Source: Octopus sinensis | Lineage: Eukaryota | Direction: 5' to 3' | Assembly: GCF_006345805.1 (NCBI RefSeq) | Contig: NC_043003.1 | Span: forward strand, 3,720,001-3,784,000 | Length of the DNA stretch: 64,000 bases | Shown here: positions 1 to 13,860 of the stretch, piece by piece | Layout: each line of letters starts with the position of its first letter | How positions within the stretch are numbered: the stretch's first letter is position 1 | The notes under the pieces: model-generated | Seen by the model: only the letters and a program-made list of their open reading frames with translations | Database searches by the model: none | Told to the model about the DNA's origin: nothing | Program-made: the position numbers and the translations under genes

Positions 1-207
1 TTACCTCTTTGTCTTTGTTTGGTGATGGTTTCATGTCTCAATATTGAATCGTTTCCTTCGTTAATAAACAAAAAACAGACGAGTCCCAAATACACCGACT
101 GACAAACGTTGGAACCAACGAGGAATATGAGAAAGACGGCCACAAATTCTTTATCTTATTCTTATCTTCTTGAAACTCACACCATACAATATGTAATTAA
201 GAAAAAT

Positions 208-411
208 TCAGCAATTACTCAAACACACACACACACATATTTTGTGTGTGTGTGTGTGTATATATGACGTTAGATATTTACTGTTGAGTATGTTTCTGTG
301 TGAAAGTACAGCCCTAAAGCTAAATGTACCAGCTGCCACTAACAGAAAGAGAGAGAGAGAGAGAGAGAGGGGAGAGAGAGGGAGGGAGAGGGAGAGAAAG
401 ATTAAAAGAGA

Positions 412-454
<43 letters not shown>

Positions 455-491
455 TTTATGTATGTATATATGTTCATATATATATATGTTC

Positions 492-522
<31 letters not shown>

Positions 523-1135
523 TACAGAGAGAGAAAGAGAATGTATATATATTGTGGGTCAAAGTAAAACGTTTGTGTCAAATATTGGCAAAGGACCAGG
601 CTGAGTCAGAAAATTATACATAATTTTGTCTTATGGTAAATTGGAGCTGTATGGTGGTGGTGGTGGTGGTGGTAGGATCGTTGTTGTTGTTGTTGTTGGT
701 GGTGGTGGTCTTTTTTGGTTGTGTTGTGATTGGCGTTGGTGTTGTGGTGGCAGAGGTGTTGCTCGTGGAGAGCAAGAAGTTCTAATAACATCAGAAACAC
801 ATCAACAAGCTGCTCAGGGCTTACACACACACACACATATACACAAACATGAACAAGACACATGCACACACACACACACACACACAAAAACACACAAACA
901 CACATACTCCTGCACAGAGCCCCCCCCCCCAAACAATCTCATAAACCAACAGGCAAAACCTAAAATCTCACTCAAATTTAATCTTCACAATAAATTTAAC
1001 TTTAGCTTAAGAATAGAGTTACATCATCATAACATTTATATCATCATCATCATCATCATCATCATCATTATCATCGTCATCATCATCATCATCATCATCA
1101 TCATCGTCATCATCATCATCATCATCATCATCATA
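208..1135. repeat. Compound microsatellite block (CA/GA/TA/GGT/CAT)
   Basis: Adjacent simple repeats; the overlapping ORFs are repeat translations. Confidence 0.95.
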
Positions 1136-1159
1136 AGTTAGTGTTAGGAAGGATAGGCA

Positions 1160-1485
1160 TCATGGCAAAGCAGACTGCCTGGAGCAGTCCTCTAGTCTTC
1201 TGACTCTGGCAAGCCCCTGGGTGCTGGCCTCATGTAAAAAGCACCTGTGGTGGCGCTGGTACCATGTAATAGTCATCTGTGTGGTTGGGTTATGAAAAGC
1301 ACCCAGTACACTGTGTAAAGGGGTTGGTATGAAGAAGGGTATCCGACCCTTAGAAACCATTTCAAAATAGGTGATGGGAGCTGGTGCTGTTCTCCAGGTT
1401 GCCAGCTCCTGGCAAACATTCCAACCCATGCTAGCATGGAAAACAAACATTAACTGATGATGATGATGATGATGATTATGATGTA
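1160..1485 (+). mobile_element. 5'-truncated RTEX LINE 3'UTR copy
   Basis: Ends ccaacccatgctagcatggaaa..(GAT)n, the same 3' end as the ORF-bearing RTEX copy at 14612-15980. Confidence 0.75.
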
Positions 1486-1524
1486 CTTTAGAATATATCT
1501 AATTATATATCTTTTAGCCTATAC

Positions 1525-1638
1525 CAGTGGTTCCTAACCTCTGGTCTGCAGACCCCTGGTGGTCTGTAAAGGTAGTACTGGAGGTCTGTGAGCTAAATTC
1601 AAAATTTCATATATATTAATATATATTATATATATATA

Positions 1639-1689
<51 letters not shown>

Positions 1690-1813
1690 ACAGCAATAAG
1701 AGAATGGAGGGGATCAAGAGGTGGTATTCATCAACTTTTAGACATTATATTTATGTTAATTTATTTTAAAAAAACTCAATTATAACAATATACATACATG
1801 TATAACATGGAAG

Positions 1814-1868
<55 letters not shown>

Positions 1869-1961
1869 TACACATAAGGATAAGCATGTTAAAAGGAGTC
1901 GGCGGGAAAACTCATTTAAATAAAAAGGGGTCCTCGGTAGTGAAAAGGTTGGGAGCCACTG
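1525..1961. mobile_element. hAT-type MITE with internal (TA)n
   Basis: TIRs cagtggttcctaacct / aggttgggagccactg (14/16 match); 8-bp TSD gcctatac / gcctatcc. Confidence 0.85.
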
Positions 1962-2344
1962 GCCTATCCTGTTTGCGTAAGCAGATGTGGTAAACGCCTT
2001 GCTCTATAAAACCAACATGCTTATAGAGAGAAAAGGGAGATCCCTCAGTGACTGAGTGCCCTCTTGAACCTTCTGAGGAGACACAGTGATAAACTGACGA
2101 TTCCTAAAGACTTCACTCAATCAGATAAACCAATTTACATAACACTTTGTTGGCAGCTGGTTCTTGTACTCTAATAATGGTGCATTGGCTCTGTTTGGTT
2201 GTAATGCCGTACCATACTGCAGAATTTCTCTATAGATTTTTTGCCAATACTAAGAAGAAGTTGCTGTGTGTACAATGTATATGTGTGTGTGTGTGTTTGC
2301 ATAGACTAATGGACAACATACAGTCGATAAATTTTGTAGTACAT

Positions 2345-2630
2345 ATGCCACTGATGCCTGACTGGTACCTGTGTCAGTGGAATGTAAAAAGCACCACTCG
2401 AGCATGGCCGATTCCAGTGGCACCTGACTGGCACCCGTGTTGGTGGCATGTAAAAAGCACCCACTACACTCTTAGAGTGGTTGGCTTTAGGAAGGGCATC
2501 CAGCCATAGAAACTTAGCCGGATCAGATTGGTGCCAGGTGCAGCCTCCTGGCTTGCTGGTCCTCAGTAAAACAGTCCAACCCATGCCAGCATGGAAAGCA
2601 GATGCTAAACGATGATAATGATTATGATGG
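2345..2630 (+). mobile_element. 5'-truncated RTEX LINE 3'UTR copy
   Basis: gtggca(t/c)gtaaaaagcacc subrepeats, ccaacccatgccagcatggaaagcagatgctaaacgatgat end. Confidence 0.8.
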
Positions 2631-2907
2631 TGATTCTGTAAAAACATTGTTACTGTCATCATTTTATCGCCATTCTTTCCACACTTGAAGGGTTCAGACA
2701 GAGTTTATTGAAGCAGGTTTTCTATGGCTGGATGCTGTGCCTTTTAAACAGCATCACCTGTTTCCAAGCAACGTAATGTCTTTGCAGCATACTGGGAACA
2801 AACGACACTGCTTGTTTGACAGTGGCACTCATTTACAACTACCATGCTATGTCACAACATGGAGACACAAATGTACACACACACAGAAACATACTTATAT
2901 ACAAAAG

Positions 2908-3056
2908 GTTTCTTTCAGTTGCCGTTAATCAAATCCTCTCACAATTCTTTGGTTGGCCGAAGGCTATAATACAAGACATTTGGACAAGGTACCATGCACC
3001 GGGACTGAACTCAGAACCATGTGGTTGGCAAGCTTCTTACCACACAACCAAGCCTA
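2908..3056 (-). mobile_element. SINE family A, 5' half
   Basis: Reverse complement of the family A head (ggttgtgtggtaagaagcttgcc..ggttctgagttcagtccc). Confidence 0.75.
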
Positions 3057-3139
3057 AATATATACATAGATCTAACTCTATCTGTAGATAGAGATAACTC
3101 TATCTATCATACACACATATATATATATGTATGTATATA

Positions 3140-4108
3140 TATTGGGTCATCCTATAAAAAATGTGGTTTTTTATACTTATTTTATTTTTCAAAATTAAGA
3201 TAAACAAAGGTCTTTTTTAATCTAAAATATGCTCTCCATCATTTTCTACAATGCTCTTCCATCTCTCTGGTAGAATTGCAAGGCCCCACCATCCAAAATT
3301 CGCTTGTCTGTGTCAAAAAAGACTCCTCCATTTCTGTTCTCACCTTGTTTATAGAATTCATATAGTTTCTGTCCAAATGATTTTGAAGACTGCGGGTGCC
3401 AGTGTTTCTCCTTTCCCTACCCACTGTCTTTGGTGCTTGACATTTTTATAGAGAACCCATTTCTCATTACCAGTCACTATTCTTTCCAAAAAGGGTTCAT
3501 TCATGGGACGTGACAGCAAAGAAGAGCACACATTCACTCTCTGTGCATGATTAGACTCAGAAAGTTTGTGAGGAACCCATTGACCCAATTTACTGACTTT
3601 TCCAATGGCACACAGGTGTTGAATGGTTGGACGACTAAATCCAAGCTTCTCTGCTAGTTCCTCAACATTTACAATGGGATTTTGTTCCACCAGGGTTTGC
3701 AGGTTGTCCTTGTCAAACTCTACAGATCTTATAGGACAAGGCTCCTCTTCTAGGCTGTAGTTGCTGGCTTGGAATTTCTGGAACCACCATTGACACTGGC
3801 TTATGCTTACTGTCCAATCCCCATATACTGCATTAATATTCCTCGCACTTACCATTCTGTTGTTGCCTTTATTGAATTCATAAAGCAAAATATGCCGAAC
3901 ACACTCCTTTGTCACTTTCATTATAGCTTTGAAAAAATAGCTGTTAAAATCGAACTGCACTCTTCAAAACTCACACTAAGAATAAGTACAAGGTAAAATT
4001 ACTACCTGCTTTTATAGTAAGTTGATGCAGGAAGTTTAATCCATCCCCCTCCAACTTTTAGTTCATGCAATTGAAAAAAAAATGTATTATTTATGGGACG
4101 ATCTAATG
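3140..4108 (-). mobile_element. Mariner (DD34D-type) transposon, internally deleted, non-functional
   Basis: ORF 3358-3960 with HTH region, WVPHKL and TGNEKW (TGDEKW) motifs; C-terminal remnant at about 3230-3400; degenerate TIRs tattgggtcatcctataaaaaat / cattagatcgtcccataaataat; central catalytic segment missing. Confidence 0.9.
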
Positions 4109-4314
4109 TCAGCCCAAGTCTGACCAATACTTTCTGAGCTGAATTAGTAGATGGAAACTGTGTGGAAGCCTCTCATATAATTATGTCTATGTACGAGTGT
4201 CTTTCTGCCTGTATTCTTCACCCCATCCCACACAGTTTGACAACTGGTGTTGTGTTGTTTACATCCACATAACAGTTTAGCTAAATTGACCAATAGACTT
4301 AAAAAGTATAAAGT

Positions 4315-4466
4315 AGCCGTGTGGTAAGAAGATTGCTTCCTAATCAGATGGTTCTGGGTTCAGTCCGACTGCATGGTACCTTGGACAAGTGTCTTCTACT
4401 TATAGCTTTGGGCCAATCAAAGCCTTGTGAGTGGATGTGGTAGACAGAAACTGAAAGAAGCTCGTC

Positions 4467-4524
<58 letters not shown>

Positions 4525-4737
4525 CGTATGTATGTATTTATGTGTCTCTGTTTGTCCCCCACCATCGCTTGAAAACCAAAGTTGGTATTTACATCTCCAT
4601 AATTTAGCGGTTTGGCAAAAGAGACTGATAGAATAAGTACTAGGCTTACAAAGAATAAGTCCTGGGGGCGATTTGTTCGACTAAAGGTGGTACTCCAGCA
4701 TGGCCACAGTCAAAATGACTGAAACAGGTAAAAGGAA
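4315..4737 (+). mobile_element. SINE family A, full length with internal (TA)n
   Basis: tRNA-like head with CORE-like ccttgggcaagtgtct segment, internal microsatellite, 3' half ending cagcatggcc(a/g)cagtc..gactgaaaca. Confidence 0.85.
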
Positions 4738-4849
4738 AAAAAAAAAATACACACACATACACAGAGCATGCATATCTAAGAACAAATTTGTTTTTTTTTA
4801 GAAAATAATACATATAATACGATAAGAGAGAAGAACATGGAATAATAAT

Positions 4850-6032
4850 AAAGATATAACAAGAGAGAAGAACTTTATTGATGGAAAACCTGGATTGTCT
4901 TCTTTATAATCCCTGTAGCATCCATAGCTGCTTCTGTGCAGGGTCTGAATTGTGTTCATGCCTGGATTAAATGGTCCTGGTTCATATCAGACATTCCTTT
5001 AACTATGGCAGCTTTCAAACGATCCTCAGAGTTATGGCGATGTTGATTGACCCCTCTCTCAGCATTCCACACATATTAATCCAATGGACTGAGATCTGAT
5101 GAGCTTGGAGGCCAAATGTTAGGGGTTACGGTGGTCCTGAAAATTGTCGGCCAGCCATCCTTGAGTTGCTTGAGCCTTATGTGATGGTACAGAATCTGGC
5201 TGAAATATGCACAGATATCCATTGTACACTCTGTTTATCCAGGGCTTCATCACTGTTTCCAAGGACCTCAATTATAAGCAGCAGTGTTAACACTAAGATG
5301 TTGTGGAAAGAAGTGAGGAGGCAAAATGTGTCCTTCATCAATAACAACTCCAAATGATATTTGCAAGAAATTTTGTGTGCATGGCTGTTGGAAGTTCAGG
5401 AGGATCTGGACGTAACCATTTGTCATTTTTTCTGTTATTCTTCTGGTCCTGGTTGAAGTTTTTCTCATCTGAGAAAAACCAAATCATGCCATGTTCTTCT
5501 GTCTTTTTACCTTTGTTTAATAACTTTTTAGATCTCATCCAACAATTAGTTTTTCTTTTTTCTGACATCAATCGACATCTCCTTATTACGTAAGACTTGT
5601 GCTGGATGCCTTTATAGAAAACATTTCAGATTCTCCCTCCTGACACATGGAGATCTTTTGCAATTGATCCCATGGACTTTTTTTTTTGATTTCTGTCAAT
5701 GATTTTGCTGAACTTGTTGAATAAATTTGAGTTTTTTGAGGGTATCAGGGAATTGGTGATGCATTTTGAGTTGATACTGGTGATATGTTTCCATCTGAGG
5801 CTTCTAACTCCTTGCAAACCTTGTAGATGAAGCATTTGGTAACTTCTAAAAACTGAGCTATTTCTAAATTGCTGTGCTCAGCCTTTAAGGCCACAATTAT
5901 GGCATGTCTCTTCATTTCTTGAATTAGCCGAGTGCCTACCATTATTATTTTCTGAAACATAAATTACATCAAATTAACTTAAAAACAGTTATAACTCAAA
6001 AATATATTCTCAAAAAACCCCTCAACATCCTG
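4850..6032 (-). pseudogene. DD37D (maT) Tc1/mariner transposase remnant
   Basis: Fragments RHAIIVALKAEHSNLEIAQFL (HTH), WFFSDEKNF..NNRKNDKW, and PNIWPPSSSDLSPLD* at about 5075-5130; frameshifted. Confidence 0.85.
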
Positions 6033-6039
6033 TAAAAGT

Positions 6040-6310
6040 GACTCTCCATTGGTTGTGACAACATGGATTCCTGTTGATCTGATCAAAAGAACAGCCTGCT
6101 CCTGAAGTTAATGTGCCAGTGGTTGAGTAGTCCACAGACATGCATACACTTAATGTAATTCTCAAGAAGATTCAGCATGACACAGAATGTGACAAGGCTG
6201 GCCCTCATTGAATCACTGGTACAGCTCATTTTTGCCAGCTGAGTGGACTGGAGCAAAATGAAATAAAGTGTCTTGCTCAAGAACACAATGTGTCACCAGG
6301 AATAATGTAT
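6040..6310 (-). mobile_element. SINE family D (CORE-like), degenerate
   Basis: Matches the 37880-38165 and 43428-43745 copies (ttgagcaagacactttatttc..cagtccactcagctggcaaaaatgag). Confidence 0.7.
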
Positions 6311-6344
6311 GTATGCCATTATTGAGTTTATTTCAAGATTTCTC

Positions 6345-6740
6345 TGGGATGTAGCCAGTCCACTTATGCATACCTTTCCTTCTTGGGACACAAAACTCTG
6401 CTTGCGAAGACCTGTTGAGGCAAGTGAAATCAAAATCGAAATCGATCAAAAATCAATGGAAATTGTAGTTGCGATACCAGTGCCGGTGGCACGTAAAAAG
6501 CACCAACCGATCGTGGCTGTTGCCAGCTTGCCTGGCACCTGTGCCAGTGGCATGTAAAAAGCACCCACAACACTCACAGAGTGGTTGACGTTAGGAAGGG
6601 CATCCAGCTGTAGAAACACTGCCAGATCAGACTGGAGCCTGGTGCAGCCTCCTGGCTTCCCAGACCCCAGTAGAACCGTCCAACCCATGCTAGCATGGAA
6701 AGCAGACGTTAAACGATGATGATGATGATAATGATGATAG
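6345..6740 (+). mobile_element. 5'-truncated RTEX LINE 3'UTR copy
   Basis: Collinear with the reverse complement of 14612-15180; ends gttaaac(GAT)n. Confidence 0.85.
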
Positions 6741-7639
6741 AAAGAATCGGTTTCTAACCTAGATCCAAGGTTCTTTCATTTGAATTTCAAAATCAACAAC
6801 AGGGTATTTTTGCTTCAGATTTGTATGTTTTATGTATGTATTCTCATGCATACAGCTACATATCTAGACATGCTCATATATATTTAAATGATAGACTTCT
6901 GGAAAGTTTTACAGATTTTTACAGTTCCAGTGATGGATTGGATCTGCAGTCTTCGAATTAGGGTTAGGGTTTCTCCTTTCTCCTTTCTGGTTTTGAGAAG
7001 CCTAATTTCTCAAGATTGGTATTTAGGCAGTGTGTTACATATCCAGGGCCTCAATAATTACAGGTATAAACCTGGTATGTATGTATGTGTGTATGTATGT
7101 TTCTATGTATGTACGTAACGTATTTACGAATACAAACAATAAAAGGAACAATAACACAACCACCAACAATGGTAGCAACAACAATGACAACAGAAATAAT
7201 ATCAGCAACAACAACAACAACAAAAACAACAACAACAACAACACCAGCAGTAGTTAATCTATTGAAGTTGTTGGTCTTTGAATAAAGAGAAATAAGAGAA
7301 AATGAGGGAATGACATCTCCAAGATAGAGTTGGTAATTACCAGCAATAATTATGGGATAGGGGTTAGAGTGGGGGTAGGGGGGCCCGGGAGGGAGTCACG
7401 GTGTAAGGGTGGAAGGAGGGGGTGGGACTGTCAACAACAGGAAGTCAACAGGAAGAGATCAGCTGACCTTTAAACGTCAAGAGATTGTTTATTTAAATAA
7501 TAACACTGTAAACACACCACAATATATACACCCTCCATTTGGATTCGACACCCTTAAGTAGCACTCTGTCTACTTTTTATTTGACCAGACATCACTAAAT
7601 AATACGATCACAGACCCCTCTACCGTGCCCCTGGCAAAT

Positions 7640-7925
7640 GCCAGGGGCATAGCTTAGTGGTTAGGGGTTTTGGGCTCACAATCATAATGTTGTGAGTTCA
7701 ATTCCTGGCTGTGTGCATTATGCCCTTCAGCAAGACATTTTATTTTACAGTTCTCCAGCCCACTCAGCTGGCAAAAGTGAGTTGTACTCATAATTCATTG
7801 ATGGTCAGCTGTGTCACAGTGGGTCTCCCTGTGAACTACATTAAGGGTGTACGTGTCTGTGGAGCACTCAGCCAATTGCATGTCAATTTAGAGAGCTGAC
7901 TATTCCGTTGTAACCGATGCAGTGT
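7640..7925 (+). mobile_element. SINE family D
   Basis: A-box-like tagcttagtgg, B-box-like gagttcaattcc, CORE-like segment. Confidence 0.7.
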
Positions 7926-8139
7926 CGGTTTTTCTATTTTAAATTCCACTGTACACTGCTATACACAACCCTCCTCACATTACTGCATGGTTTGTGGTGG
8001 TGAGGGTGGGTTGTGGCACAGTGTAGTGCTGGTGCTAGCGTGTTGTAGTGGTGATGTAGTGTAACTACCACTATTACTACCACCACCAACAACACTACTA
8101 CCCAGGTGCAGACTCTGTGTGTGTGTGTGTGTGTGTGCA

Positions 8140-8350
8140 TGCCTTTATGTCTGTGTCAGTCTTCCATGACAGCTTGACAACCAGTGTTGGTGTGTTTACA
8201 CCCCTGGAATTTAGCAGTTCACAAACCGAGGCCAATGGAATAAGCACCAGGCTTAAAAAGCAATAAATCCTGGGGGGAAGCGGGGTCTGTTCATTTGACT
8301 AAAAATTCTCCGAGGCAGTGCTCCAGCATGATCGCAGTCTAATAATTTGA
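8140..8350 (+). mobile_element. SINE family A, 3' half
   Basis: gcttgacaaccagtgttggtgtgtttac..ctccagcatgatcgcagtc. Confidence 0.7.
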
Positions 8351-9959
8351 AAGATATAAAAGTACTAAGCACCACCACTGAGTACTGTACTTTCCTGGCC
8401 CTTCATTATTCAGAAATCTCAAAAATGAAACAAAATCTTCCTTTTTCCTTCCCTAATGAAGCAGGAAACTTTAGCGAGATGACAATTTCAGTTTACATCA
8501 TTGAAAACATCAGTGTTTGCCTGGTTTATGCTATGGACCAATTTGAGTTATTCCCCTTATATTTATGCAAATTATGCTGGTCATTGTGTCCTCCCACCCC
8601 TGCCACATTCTCTCTATTATTCTTGTGTTCATTAATAGAATAAAGCTTCAGTAAATCATGGCTAGCTGATAAGGTTACACAAGGCAGAAACTTGTCTAAT
8701 GCTGTTGCCTGGCTTCAATGCGAATCAGATTTTTGCCCCTCAAACAAGAAAGTCAGTTGTCTAAGTTGTTTCCCTTGGTTTTTGAGTGTTGCCAACAATT
8801 GCCACCAGGTTTGGGATGGTGGGAAACAAGGTGGGATGGGTAGGGGTGACCTTGTCCAGCCAGTATTTACAGCACTATGTGACCCCACCACTAAAAACAG
8901 GGGAGATCTTGAGAAATTATGGAATCAATGACAAAACGGGAATTGTCCAGTTAGAACTGGGTTTTTTTTTCCAGTTGGTTCTGAAACCAATCAGATTATG
9001 AAGAGGTTTGAGGAAAAATTTTGGTGGGGGATAATCTTTTGTAGAAGGTGGGGGAGCTTAGAATGCCAGGGTCAGGTTTGAACTGAGAATGTTTGGACTT
9101 AAAAGATGAGAGGACACAGCATCGTGGTCACTGGTGCAGGGTAGGGGGATGGAAGTTTGTATTAGGGGGGGCCCCTACCTAACTACAGTTCAGATGTTAG
9201 ATCAATGATAACAATACATGAGGATGATGGTAGTGGCGGTGGTGGTGGTGGTGGTGGTGGTGGTAATAATGATGAGGGTGGTAGTGGCGATGTTGGAGAG
9301 GAGGATGGTGAGGTGGATGGTGGTGGTGGTGGTGGTGGCAGTGGTGATGATGAAAATGATAACGGTGATAGTGGTGGTGATGGTGATGATGATGATGATG
9401 GTGGTGGAAGCAATGGCCACCATCATGGTGATGACGATGATGATTAATATTGTTTATTATCTCATTGAAAGGAAACTCTTTTATAAAATTACATTGAAAG
9501 GAATGTCATAGTTCCAGAGTGAATGCCATAACTGGACTACTTCATGTATTATTCATGTTGCCATAACAGATTCACTTAGAACCGTGGAGCTCTGCAAATA
9601 ATGGCTCCCATTGACTCTTGGAACAGATTCTGCAAACATAGAGATGCGATAAATATCATTATTCGTTCCTTATTCTTTCACAAAGGAATATCGGAGAAGA
9701 ATTCAGACAAAGATATTTCAAGACTTTCATAAATACCAAAAACTTGATTGAAATCAGAAATGGTAGAGAGCCAAGTGTTGAATAATAAATGGAATGGACC
9801 CCAGTATATAGCTGGTATGCTTTTGGTACCAGTAAGGGTAAAAGAAATATCAAACCTGGCATAGTTTGGTGTTTAGAGGAGCAGTTCTCAACTATTGTTC
9901 CGAGGGCCGTATGTGGCCCTCAAGCATCCTTCAAGTGACCTTTGATAGTCTTCCGTCTA

Positions 9960-10578
9960 TAGGCGCAGGCATGACTGTGTGGTAAGTAGCTTCCTTACCA
10001 ACCACATGGTTCCGGGTTCAGTCCCACTGCGTGGCATCTTGGGCAAGTGTCTTCTACTATAGCCTCAGGCCGACCAAAGCCTTGTGAGTGGATTTGGTAG
10101 ACGGAAACTGAAAGAAGCCCGTCGTATATATATATAGGTGCAGGGGTGGCTGTGTGGTAAGTAGCTTGCTTCCCAACCACATGGTTCCGGGTTCAGTCCC
10201 ACTGCGTGGCACTTTGGGCAAGTGTCTTCTACTATAGCCCCAGGCCGACCAAAGCCTTGTGAGTGGATTTGGTAAATGGAAACTGAAAGAAGCCTGTCAT
10301 GTATTGTGTGTATGTGTGTGCACACGTGTGTGATTGCATGCATATGTGTATGTGTGTGTGTGTGTGCATATGCATGTGTGTGTATGCATGTATGTGTATG
10401 TGCATGCATGTGTGCCTGTATGCAAGTGTGTATGTGTGTGTGTGTATGAATGTGTGTATGTGTGTGTGTGTATGCATGTGTGTGTGTGTGCCTCTGTTTG
10501 TCCTCCCAGCACTGCTTGATAATCAGTGTTGGTGCGTTTACATCCCTGTAACTTAGCAGTTCAGCAAAAGAGACTGAT
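9960..10578 (+). mobile_element. Two tandem SINE family A heads; the second has an expanded (CA/TG) tract and partial 3' half
   Basis: Near-identical heads at 9960-10125 and 10137-10300. Confidence 0.85.
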
Positions 10579-11728
10579 ATGCATATGTGTGAATGCATGT
10601 GTGTGTTTGTATGTGTGGATGTATGTGTATACGTGTGTATATGCTTGTGTGTATATATGCATATGTGCAAATGGGTGTGTGAGTTTTTGTTTATTTGTGT
10701 GTGTGTGTGTAACAACCCTCACTTTTCATTTTCTTGTCTTCATATTTCCTCAATCTTTTTCTTTGTTTCAAAAATTAATTAATAAAATTATATTTTGCCA
10801 TTTATCACCTCATTTAAAATAAATCACAACTGAAAATTATTATTTTTACATCTTTTCATAATTACCTCATCATTATTTTTTTATGATTTTACTTCAAATT
10901 TAAAAAAAAAACTCATTTTGTTTTATATTTTCACAAATATCAAATTAATACCATTTTAATTAATTTTAATAGCATTATATCAATCTTTTTATAATTATCA
11001 CACCAGCAGTTACAATTACTTCTCTTTTAACAAGTTAATTTCATTAAATTGACAGCAAAACCTCCTTACTTGTAATCACTGCTGGATGGTTCTAAAAACA
11101 CACCAAAACCTTCACAAATATTTCAAAACAATTTAAACAAAGTTAATTTCACCAACCAAAGCATTATTTTTGGTTGACACAATTATTTTAAAAATGAAAT
11201 TCTATATGTAAAGACATATTTTAAGCACAAAACAGATGGGAATAACAGAGCTGAAGTCAAAACGAAGAAATAGCTTGAAAACAGCCACAAAATCATATAA
11301 AATTCACTGAAAATCTTCAGAAAAACAAATAAAGAATAGCGCTTAGCTGTGAAGAAACTGAATAAGAAGTCTTTTAGTGGAAATAAAAACTGAAGGTGAG
11401 AAACTCATTAAGTTCATAGACTCAGGAGAAGTGGGACACTATCAGAAAAATTAGGTGCAAACTAAAAGAAAAACAAAATGTTGAAGAATTGTAAAATGGT
11501 AAATTAGGAGGCTTGAGGTAAATGAATTTACAGACTAGAGATGTGCCAAAGAAATCTAGTTCTTTCGACTAAAAACAGCTGGGCAAAATTAAGCGATTTA
11601 AGAAATGGTGGTAAGAGATATTATATATGGGGTGCAGCGAGTTGTCTGAGAATCTACAATCAACAGCTTTTGTGTCAGATGTTCAAAAAACAAATATCTA
11701 CCAAACAAATAAAAGAAATAATAACAAC

Positions 11729-11778
<50 letters not shown>

Positions 11779-11789
11779 TAATAATAATA

Positions 11790-11820
<31 letters not shown>

Positions 11821-11831
11821 TGATAATAATT

Positions 11832-11868
<37 letters not shown>

Positions 11869-12239
11869 TAATAATTAGGCGATGAAAGAGCAGCCAGAAA
11901 TGAATGCATCAGTAGCAACAAAATTAACATCATCATCATCATCAGCAACATTTCTCAGCGGCACATTGAAACAGGTGGTGGGCAAAATTGGTTTGTTTTA
12001 CAAGACAAGAACAAAATAAAAAGAACAGGTGAAAATGACTGTGATAAAAGAAGAAGAAGAAAAAGAAGGAGAAGAAGAAGGAGAAGAGGAAGGAGAAGAA
12101 GAAGAAGTAAAAAAAAGAAATGTCTACTCACTCATTGTGTATAACGAATGCCCTGAGGTGGCACAAGTTATGCGAATCTTAGGGGAGAAAAAGACAAATT
12201 GTTAGAGAGCAAACATAAGTGGAAAGAAACAGACACCGT

Positions 12240-12246
12240 TTATATA

Positions 12247-12324
<78 letters not shown>

Positions 12325-12366
12325 TATTATATATATATGTATATATGTATATATATATATATATGC

Positions 12367-12418
<52 letters not shown>

Positions 12419-12462
12419 ATATATATATATATATATATATTATACATATATATATATATATC

Positions 12463-12519
<57 letters not shown>

Positions 12520-12529
12520 ATATATATTA

Positions 12530-12575
<46 letters not shown>
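12240..12575. repeat. (TA)n microsatellite
   Basis: Direct reading. Confidence 0.95.
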
Positions 12576-12779
12576 GTTAATCCAAACAAGAAAACAAAAA
12601 CAAAAAAACACAACAACGCAAGGACGTGGAACAAATAAAGTATTATTGGACACTCAGGAAAGAAGGGAAGAAGGAGGGTTTAACGTTTCAAGCGGAGCTC
12701 TTCGTCAGAAACATAGGAGAAGGAAGATCCCGAGAAGAGAAGACAGAGGAAAAAAAATCGCCAGTGGTACAGACGAGGT

Positions 12780-12785
<6 letters not shown>
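12575..12785 (-). mobile_element. HHR mini-element (family M), Penelope-terminus/retrozyme-like
   Basis: About 210 bp between (TA)n and (CA)n; contains an HHR plus the downstream cctgagtgtccaataatac motif shared with other family M copies. Confidence 0.65.
12678..12712 (-). ncRNA. Minimal type I hammerhead ribozyme
   Basis: Minus strand: gttt CTGACGA a gagc-tcc-gctt GAAAC GTT aaac (stem I, core, stem II, palindromic helix III, GUU site). Confidence 0.75.
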
Positions 12786-12794
<9 letters not shown>

Positions 12795-12829
<35 letters not shown>

Positions 12830-13304
12830 CATAGGTATTTGTATATATCATATATATATTATGCATATATGTGTGTATATATATATCTATATATATATTT
12901 ACATATATGTGTAAATATATATATATAATATATATACATACACAACACACACACCACATATAATAACATTATATAAACACGATAAGATGTTGGAATGGAT
13001 ATTTGTAGGAGCTCATGAGATCATGTAGAACGATGTACAACTGTGGAAAGAGAGAGAGGAGGAGAGAAGGAAGGAGGGAAGAGAGAGAGAGAGGAGGAGA
13101 GAAGGAGGGAGGGAAGAGAGAGAGGAGGAGGAGAGAGGGAAGGGGGAACAAAATTATTTCAGAGTATGCATCTGTTTGCTTATTTATACATACATGTGTG
13201 TGTATAAACATGTATACAGTTTATTCATACATGTATAAATGTGTGTACAAGTACATTTATACATAGACATATGTATAAACATGTATGTATATTTGTTTAC
13301 ATAT

Positions 13305-13336
<32 letters not shown>

Positions 13337-13814
13337 ATATATATAAGCATAGGTATTTGTATATATCATATATATATTATGCATATATGTGTGTATATAT
13401 ATATCTATATATATATATTTACATATATGTGTAAATATATATATATAAATATATATACATACACAAACACACACACGCACATATAATAACATTATATAAA
13501 CACGATAAGATGTTGGAATGGATATTTGTAGGAGCTCATGAGATCATGTAGAACGATGTACAACTGTGGAAAGAGAGAGAGGAGGAGAGAAGGAAGGAGG
13601 GAAGAGAGAGAGAGAGGAGGAGAGAAGGAGGGAGGGAAAAGAGAGAGGAGGAGGAGAGAGGGAAGGGGGAACAAAATTATTTCAGAGTATGCATCTGTTT
13701 GCTTATTTATACATACATGTGTGTGTATAAACATGTATACAGTTTATTCATACATGTATAAATGTGTGTACAAGTACATTTATACATAGACATATGTATA
13801 AACATGTATGTATA

Positions 13815-13850
<36 letters not shown>
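12795..13850. repeat. Tandem duplication, unit about 520 bp
   Basis: Identical ORFs at 12969/13492 and 13015/13538 (offset 523); junctions lie in (TA)n. Confidence 0.9.

Positions 13851-13860
<10 letters not shown>

Noticed and set aside
10780-11640. Strand-skew switch near 11180 with short reverse-complement matches, possibly an ancient fold-back
   Set aside because: Matches are short and AT-rich and could be chance; needs a dot-plot with a shuffled control
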